From Verrucomicrobiales bacterium (GTDB lineage Bacteria; Verrucomicrobiota; Verrucomicrobiia; Verrucomicrobiales; V1-33), in assembly GCA_028293125.1 (NCBI GenBank), contig JAQGPJ010000003.1, positions 16,453 to 80,452 on the forward strand: DNA of 64,000 nucleotides, given 5' to 3'. The translations under genes were made by a program, and so were the position numbers. Below are positions 58,574 through 64,000 of the stretch, in pieces (within the stretch, counting starts at the first letter, position 1; every line of letters begins with the position of its first letter). A model generated the notes under the pieces. The model was given only the letters and a program-made list of their open reading frames with translations. It made no database searches and was not told the DNA's origin.

Positions 58574-59233
58574 TCAGCCAGGCAGGCACCAGCGCACGCA
58601 GGTGAGACCGCTGGAGGTTTCCTCCTGACGCTGGACTTCGGACTGGAGGACTTTGCGGACCATCTGGGTCTCCATCAGCCGGATGTTGGGGTAGATGCCA
58701 ATCAGCTCCTTCAGCGGGTGGTGGAACTCCACTACCTGGATTCTGTCATCGGGCACCTGCTCCAGCCCGGAGCAGTAGCCCTCCTCGTCACGGATCCTGG
58801 CAAAGCTGGCGGCGCGGTCCGCTGTGGACTGGCCTTTTACTTTTTTAAGGTAGTCCTCCGTTCGGCGGGTGAAATAGTTGGAGAACAGTTTGTCAGGAAC
58901 GGAGGGGCCGTAAATCTCCTGGATAGCGTGCAGCAGATCCATGGTCAGCTCATTGCCCGCCTCCGGGTAGAACGCGTCGGCTTTGGGGGTGAGACGGTAG
59001 GCTTTTTCCGGGCGCCCGGCCCCGCCAGGACGCCGCCGGGTGTCGAGCAGTCCCTTTTTCTCCAGCTTGATGCAATGCTGCTTCACGCCCATGTAGCTCA
59101 TCCGGAGCGCCTCCGCCATTTCCCTGACAGAAAGACCCGTGGACCTTTTAAGCAGGTCCAAAATGGCGAAAGCCTGGGGTTTGGCGATTTCGCGCGCGAT
59201 CTTCAGGAACATGGCGTGCGGCTTTTGAATCAA
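58574..59233 (-). CDS. winged-helix (ArsR/SufR-like) transcriptional regulator with a C-terminal sensor-like domain
   Basis: Has a wHTH (AILDLLKRSTGLSVREMAEALRMSYMGVKQHCIKLEKKGLLD...GRPEKAYRLT) and a ~130-aa C-terminal domain ending in CVRWC. It is divergent from the DsbD-like gene. Confidence 0.7.
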   Translation of the reverse strand: MIQKPHAMFLKIAREIAKPQAFAILDLLKRSTGLSVREMAEALRMSYMGVKQHCIKLEKKGLLDTRRRPGGAGRPEKAYRLTPKADAFYPEAGNELTMDLLHAIQEIYGPSVPDKLFSNYFTRRTEDYLKKVKGQSTADRAASFARIRDEEGYCSGLEQVPDDRIQVVEFHHPLKELIGIYPNIRLMETQMVRKVLQSEVQRQEETSSGLTCVRWCLPG

Positions 59234-59415
59234 CGTTCTTAACGATTGAAATGAAGCGGCAGGATGTGGGAATATGCGAAGGATATTTCGGGAAATTAGA
59301 CAAAATCCACTTCAGGCAACGATGGCCAGTCAGGCGCGGTGCCGGGCGTTTTTCTGCTGTGAAACCGCGTCTCCATGGGAATAAATTGCCCGCTCCATCC
59401 GTTTTTCCGCTGACC

Positions 59416-61812
59416 ATGACTTTGTTTCCCCGCCTCTTTTTCCTGCTGGTTCTGGCTTCGGCCTGGACGGCATCGCCGGTTTCCGCGCAGTTTGAGGATT
59501 TTACGGATGCGGCCAAACCGGGCGCGGCGGCGGAGGTGGAGGTCATGGCCTCGCTGGAGGCGGGTGAATCCGCCTGGGTGCCGGGCCGGCCGATGCCGGT
59601 GGCACTGAAGCTGGTGCATGCCGCTCACTGGCACACCTACTGGCTGAATCCTGGTCTGGGCACGCCGACAACGCTGAAATGGGAACTGCCGGAGGGCTGG
59701 CAGGCATCCAATTCCCTTCTGTGGCCGGTCCCGAAGGCAAAACCCACGGAGGTGGGCAATCAGCATCTTTATGAGGGAACGCAGTGGCTGTTCACCACCG
59801 TCACCCCGCCGGCGGATCTGAAGCTGGGGGAAACCATCGCGCTGAAAGCCTCCGCCAAGTGGCTGGTGTGCGATGAGGGATCGCGCTGCATGCCGGGCAG
59901 CCAAAAAGTGGAGCTTTCCCTGACGTCCGCAACGGAGGCCGCTCCCATGGCCGGAGTGATGGCCGAATTGGAGAAGGTCAAAGCCCAGCAGCCGCAGGTA
60001 TCTCCGGCCTGGGAGGTGAAGCTGGAAAAGGGGGAGGCCTGGACGGTGACGCTGACGCCGAAGGAGGGAGCCAATCCCGATCCCGGCGAGGTTTACTTTT
60101 TTGACGAAAAAGCCTCCATCACCAACGACCCGCAGAAAGTGGTGAGGGAAGGAGGCGTTATCCGGATCACTGCTACTCCCGGAACAGGTAAAAAGGGGGA
60201 TCCCATGGGATTTGTCCATGCCTCCAAAGGTTGGCTGAAAGATGGCTCCGTGCCTGCTTTGGCGGTCGGAGCCCCGGCTGCCGCAGCCGCAGCGCCGCCT
60301 GCGGCCACGGCGGCCCCCGCACCGGCAGCGGCCCAAGATACCGGCCTCACTTCCAATCCCGCCGCGCAATCCACACCAGCGGGCCCTGCCGCGGAGGGCA
60401 CTGGCCTGATGCCGGCGCCTCCAGCCTCTGCGGCTACGCAGGAAAACAGCAAGGAGCAACCGGCGGAAACCGGCGCGGCTGCGGCTCCCCAGGCTGCTGC
60501 TGCGGCTCCGGCGGCTTCCACGGGAGCCAGTGGCACGAAGACCGAAGTGACCTTTTGGGGGGCGGTGCTGGGCCTGTTTCTCGCGGGGATGATTCTGAAC
60601 CTGATGCCTTGCGTTTTTCCGGTGCTGGCGCTGAAGGTGCAAAGCTTTATCAAACAGGCCGGCAAGGACCGCCGCCACACCGTGAACCACAGCCTGGCCT
60701 ACACGGCGGGTCTGCTGGTGTTTGTCTGGCTGGTGGCGGGGGGAATGTTTGTGGCCAGCAAGTCCTTCGGTCAGGACTTGGCATGGGGGGATATCACCCG
60801 TTACACCCCGGTGCTCGCGGGGGTGGTGATCGTGCTTTTTCTGTTGGGACTGAATCTGGCGGGGCTGTTTGAAATCGGCACCAGCCTCACCGCGGTTGGC
60901 GGGGAGCTGCAGGATAGAAAAGGCTATGCCGGCAGCTTCTGGTCGGGAGCTCTGACCCTTCTGATCTCCACGCCGTGCAGCGCGCCGCTCATGGCCGCTC
61001 CCATGGGATTCGCGCTGAAGCAGAGCCCGCTGAGCCAGTTTGTGCTTTTCACGGCCTTTGGCCTGGGAATCGCCCTGCCGTATGTGGTGCTGGCCAACTC
61101 ACCGGGGCTGCTGAAAAGGCTTCCCAAACCCGGAGCATGGATGGAGACCTTCAAAAAGGCGCTGTCCTTCCCGATGTTCGCGTCGGCAATTTTCTTCTTC
61201 AACGCCTTCGTCACCAAAACCGGCGGCGAGGGTGCGGCACTGATGCTGTGGGCTTTGCTGTTTATCGCCATTGCCGCCTGGATTTACGGGCACTGGTGTG
61301 TTCCTTCCCGCTCCGGGCGGTCGCGCTGGGTTGGAGGCGTGGCGGCGCTGCTGGCGGTGGCGGGAGCCGTGAAGCTGACACATGACGCCAGTCTGGAGAA
61401 AGCCTCCGCCGGTGGAGCCTCTTATATGACCGGCGATCTTGCGTGGGAGACTTGGTCGCCTGCCAAACTGGCGGCGGAGCGGGCCAAGGGCAGGGCCGTG
61501 TTTGTGGATTACACCACCATCAACTGCTACACCTGTGAACTGAACGAGCGCAAAGTTTTCAAATCACCCGGCTCCGACACGGTGATTGCCAAATTCAAGG
61601 CCCACAATGTTGCTCCGCTGCGCGCGAAATATCTGGTGGACGGCACGCCGGAGGACAATGCCATCCGGGACAGCCTCAAACCTTGGGGCATCTCCACCTA
61701 TCCCGCGTATGTGATGTATCCCGCGGACGCCTCGAAGCCGCCGTTCCTGATTTCCGATGCTCTGCTCAGTCAGCAGGACGTGCTGGACGCCATCGACAAG
61801 GCAATGAACTGA
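59416..61812 (+). CDS. dsbD: thiol:disulfide interchange protein DsbD-like (N-terminal DsbD-alpha-like domain, CcdA-type membrane core, C-terminal thioredoxin-like domain)
   Basis: The start is placed at ATG 59416 with a signal peptide. It has the N-domain motif KWLVCDEGSRCMPG, a long Ala/Pro linker, membrane-core cysteines (NLMPCVFPVLALK, STPCSAPLM), and a C-terminal CYTC thioredoxin motif. Confidence 0.85.
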   Translation: MTLFPRLFFLLVLASAWTASPVSAQFEDFTDAAKPGAAAEVEVMASLEAGESAWVPGRPMPVALKLVHAAHWHTYWLNPGLGTPTTLKWELPEGWQASNSLLWPVPKAKPTEVGNQHLYEGTQWLFTTVTPPADLKLGETIALKASAKWLVCDEGSRCMPGSQKVELSLTSATEAAPMAGVMAELEKVKAQQPQVSPAWEVKLEKGEAWTVTLTPKEGANPDPGEVYFFDEKASITNDPQKVVREGGVIRITATPGTGKKGDPMGFVHASKGWLKDGSVPALAVGAPAAAAAAPPAATAAPAPAAAQDTGLTSNPAAQSTPAGPAAEGTGLMPAPPASAATQENSKEQPAETGAAAAPQAAAAAPAASTGASGTKTEVTFWGAVLGLFLAGMILNLMPCVFPVLALKVQSFIKQAGKDRRHTVNHSLAYTAGLLVFVWLVAGGMFVASKSFGQDLAWGDITRYTPVLAGVVIVLFLLGLNLAGLFEIGTSLTAVGGELQDRKGYAGSFWSGALTLLISTPCSAPLMAAPMGFALKQSPLSQFVLFTAFGLGIALPYVVLANSPGLLKRLPKPGAWMETFKKALSFPMFASAIFFFNAFVTKTGGEGAALMLWALLFIAIAAWIYGHWCVPSRSGRSRWVGGVAALLAVAGAVKLTHDASLEKASAGGASYMTGDLAWETWSPAKLAAERAKGRAVFVDYTTINCYTCELNERKVFKSPGSDTVIAKFKAHNVAPLRAKYLVDGTPEDNAIRDSLKPWGISTYPAYVMYPADASKPPFLISDALLSQQDVLDAIDKAMN

Positions 61813-61872
61813 ACTGAAACGGAACAGGCATGGGTATGGGAAGACAGAGCCGTGCCAGCCTTTCCCCATTCA

Positions 61873-62697
61873 TCAGCCCACCTTCCTGGCTTTCCTGGGA
61901 CGGCGCCCCAGGACCAGGCGCAGCAGCGGGTCAGGCAGGAAACGCAGGAGCCGGGAGGTGAGCCAGACAATGAAGCCGGGAAACACGGCGGCCTCGTTCC
62001 GGACCAACGCTTTCAATCCCCTTGCCACCACGGCGGCGGGCGGTTTCCTGGCGAATTCGGCGGTGGGCAGATGCTCGCCCTGACGGCGGGCGGTGTCGCC
62101 GAATCCGGTGGGCGAGGGACCGGGACACAGGGCGCTGACCGTGATGCCCAGGGGCCGCAGTTCAATGCGGAGAGCCTCCGTGAACCGTGTCACATAGGTT
62201 TTGCTGGCGGCATACACCGCGAAGTCGGGGATGGGCAGTTCCCCGGCCAGGGAGCTGACATTCAGAATCCCCGATGCCGGATGCGTGCGCAGGGCCGGCA
62301 TAAACAGATGCGTGAGATGCGTCAGCGCGGTGATGTTCACAGCCAGCATCTGATGGAGTTTCCCCCACTCCGCCTCGGCGAAGGTGCCGTAATCCCCCAG
62401 ACCCGCGTTGTTGATCAGCAGGTCGGGCGTGAAATTCAAAGCGGTGCAACGCGCGGGCAAAGCGGCGCGGTCGCTTTCCGACATCAGGTCGCACGGCAGG
62501 CAATGCACGGTCAGGCCCGGGTGGGCCGCCCGCAGGCTGGCCGCCAGTTCCTCCAGCACCTCCACCCGGCGCGCGGTGAGAGCCATCGCCTTGGCGGAGG
62601 GGGCCAGCTGACGGGCGAACTCCGCTCCAAAACCGCTGCTGGCCCCGGTGATCAGAGGGAAGAAGAAGGGAAAGGGGGGGGAGGGGGAATCCGGCAT
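61873..62697 (-). CDS. short-chain dehydrogenase/reductase (SDR) family oxidoreductase
   Basis: Contains the cofactor motif ITGASSGFG, NNAG, and the catalytic YAASK, in a protein of 274 aa. Confidence 0.9.
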   Translation of the reverse strand: MPDSPSPPFPFFFPLITGASSGFGAEFARQLAPSAKAMALTARRVEVLEELAASLRAAHPGLTVHCLPCDLMSESDRAALPARCTALNFTPDLLINNAGLGDYGTFAEAEWGKLHQMLAVNITALTHLTHLFMPALRTHPASGILNVSSLAGELPIPDFAVYAASKTYVTRFTEALRIELRPLGITVSALCPGPSPTGFGDTARRQGEHLPTAEFARKPPAAVVARGLKALVRNEAAVFPGFIVWLTSRLLRFLPDPLLRLVLGRRPRKARKVG

Positions 62698-62828
62698 GGA
62701 GTTGAGGTTGTCGTTCTGATTTTACGGCAGCGGCAGGACTGGAGGCCGCCGGCATATGTTGGCTCCAATGACCCCGCAGCCCGTAATGAAAACAATGTGT
62801 GTTATTCCGGACTTCCAAGGGCAATCAT

Positions 62829-63740
62829 TCAGCCGGCCTCCGAGGCGTCGATCAGCGACAGAATGGCCTTCTGGGCGTGCAGGCGGTTTTCGGCCTGCTG
62901 GAAGATGGTGCCGGCGTGGGCTTCGAGGCATTCCCCGCTGATCTCCTGGCCGCGGTAGGCGGGCAGGCAGTGCATCACGAGAGCCGCGGGCGAGGCCTGG
63001 GCCACCAGCGGGGAATTGATCTGATATCCCTGAAGATCCACCAGCCGCTTCGGGGTCTCCAGCTCCATGCCCATGCTGACCCAGACATCGGTGTAAAGCA
63101 CATCCGCTCCGGCCACGGCTTTGGCGGGGTCGGGCTCAATGGTGACATTGCCGGAGGTGAAGACCGCAAGGTCCTTGGCGGAGGGCTGATATCCCTCCGG
63201 CGCGCAGACGGTGAACTGGAAGCCCAGCTTCTCCGCCGCCCACATCCACGAGCGCGACATGTTGTTGTCGCCGTCGCCCATGAACACCACCTTTTTCCCC
63301 TCATAACCGCCGCACAGCTCCACCATGGTGAGGAGGTCGGCCAGCACCTGGCAGGGATGCTCGCTGTCTGTGAGGGCGTTGATGGTGGGAATACCGGAAT
63401 AAGCGGCGAACTCCTCCAGATCCGCCTGCCCATAAGTACGAATGATGGCCCCGTGGACCATGCGGCCCAGCACGCGGGCCGTGTCCTTGAGCGGCTCCTT
63501 GCGGCCCAACTGGGTGTCGCCGGGATTCAAATAAAGCACGCAGCCTCCCAGCTCCTGCACTCCCACCTCAAAACTCACCCGCGTGCGGGTGGAGGCCTTC
63601 ATGAAGATCATGGCCCACGTCTGGCCGGCGAGCGGCTGGAAGCTCCGGTCGGCGCGCCCGGCTTTCAGCTTCACGGCAAGGTCGAGCACCCGCCGCATGT
63701 CATCGGCGGACATGGTTTCAAGGGAAAGGACGTGTTTCAT
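62829..63740 (-). CDS. argF: ornithine carbamoyltransferase
   Basis: Contains the carbamoyl-phosphate site STRTRVSFE, HPCQ, the ornithine site DVWVSMG, and HCLPA, in a protein of 303 aa. Confidence 0.93.
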   Translation of the reverse strand: MKHVLSLETMSADDMRRVLDLAVKLKAGRADRSFQPLAGQTWAMIFMKASTRTRVSFEVGVQELGGCVLYLNPGDTQLGRKEPLKDTARVLGRMVHGAIIRTYGQADLEEFAAYSGIPTINALTDSEHPCQVLADLLTMVELCGGYEGKKVVFMGDGDNNMSRSWMWAAEKLGFQFTVCAPEGYQPSAKDLAVFTSGNVTIEPDPAKAVAGADVLYTDVWVSMGMELETPKRLVDLQGYQINSPLVAQASPAALVMHCLPAYRGQEISGECLEAHAGTIFQQAENRLHAQKAILSLIDASEAG

Positions 63741-63747
63741 TTTCGAA

Positions 63748-63807
63748 TGAAGGGGGAGGGAGGACGGTGGAAGGGAGGGAAAGGAGGGAGCAAGCGGAGG
63801 AGAAAAG
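63748..63807. repeat. polypurine/polypyrimidine tract in the argD-argF spacer
   Basis: The plus strand reads gaagggggagggaggacggtggaagggagggaaaggagggagcaagcggaggagaaaag, with only 4 pyrimidines in about 60 nt. On the coding (minus) strand this makes a CU-rich argF 5' leader with several CCUCC motifs. Confidence 0.7.
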
Positions 63808-63876
63808 CACTCCCGTCCCGGTGAGGGAAAGGAAGGCCGGACGGTGCGAAATGCGGGAACCGGGCGGCACCTCCTT

Positions 63877-64000
63877 TCAGGCGGGAACCGTGGCGGCAGG
63901 GGCGGCCAGACGGTCCAGCACGCGGCGCAGGATGCCCAGCGCGGTGGCGGTCTCCTCCCGCGTCACATTCAGGGGCGGCAGCCAGCGGATGACCTCCGGA
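63877..64000 (-). CDS. argD: class III aminotransferase, C-terminal fragment (probable acetylornithine aminotransferase)
   Basis: The minus strand reads ...PEVIRWLPPLNVTREETATALGILRRVLDRLAAPAATVPA*. The VIR.LPPL...E...AL pattern is the typical C-terminus of ArgD-type aminotransferases, and the gene lies upstream of argF. The 5' part is outside the window. Confidence 0.6.
   Translation of the reverse strand, partial: PEVIRWLPPLNVTREETATALGILRRVLDRLAAPAATVPA

Noticed and set aside
59296-63824. Assorted long opposite-strand ORFs (59296-60690 -, 61852-62958 +, 62799-63824 +)
   Set aside because: Each lies antisense to a gene with clear catalytic motifs (DsbD, SDR, ArgF) and shows Arg/Gly/His-rich shadow composition.

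Overview
This is a high-G+C bacterial chromosomal segment, roughly 60-65% judged by eye and not computed. The protein families present point to a PVC-group organism, probably Verrucomicrobiota, but this is inference only. Those families include a four-helix-bundle plus suffix-domain protein, a secreted sulfatase, SGNH+DUF1080, NIPSNAP, an ECF sigma with a giant anti-sigma, and a Bat-type MoxR/VWA operon. The window opens with the conserved secE(3' end)-nusG-rplK-rplA-rplJ-rplL-rpoB-rpoC block (1-11.7 kb). The next genes are lysS, a DEAD-box helicase, a translationally overlapped MerR-CopA copper module, and an ABC-exporter/GNAT operon. That operon is divergent from an ECF sigma / anti-sigma / glycosidase-like trio. 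After these come an orphan trpE and a frameshifted four-helix-bundle gene embedded in 9-bp and 6-bp simple repeats. An OmpR/HK two-component operon follows, with a GrpE-like paralog and a zinc-ribbon protein behind it. Then come a sulfatase, NIPSNAP, a GIY-YIG protein, a creatininase-family protein, asnS, a PQQ/cytochrome c dehydrogenase, a lower-G+C Fic island, PepF, and SGNH/DUF1080. A stretch of about 1.3 kb (47.77-49.06 kb) appears non-coding and holds a decayed gene remnant and an iteron-like palindromic repeat array. It is followed by a seven-gene MoxR-DUF58-VWA-VWA-TPR-BatD-like operon whose last gene encodes 1266 aa. The window ends with a wHTH regulator divergent from DsbD, an SDR, argF, and the 3' end of argD. 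I recognised no rRNA, tRNA, CRISPR array, transposase or integrase. Most long ORFs on the strand opposite the calls below are GC-driven shadow ORFs. The most interesting loci are the iteron-like array with the Bat-like operon, the microsatellite and inverted-repeat region around the four-helix-bundle gene, the two-component/GrpE-like cluster, and the Fic island. All homology statements come from motif recognition by eye; no database search was run.
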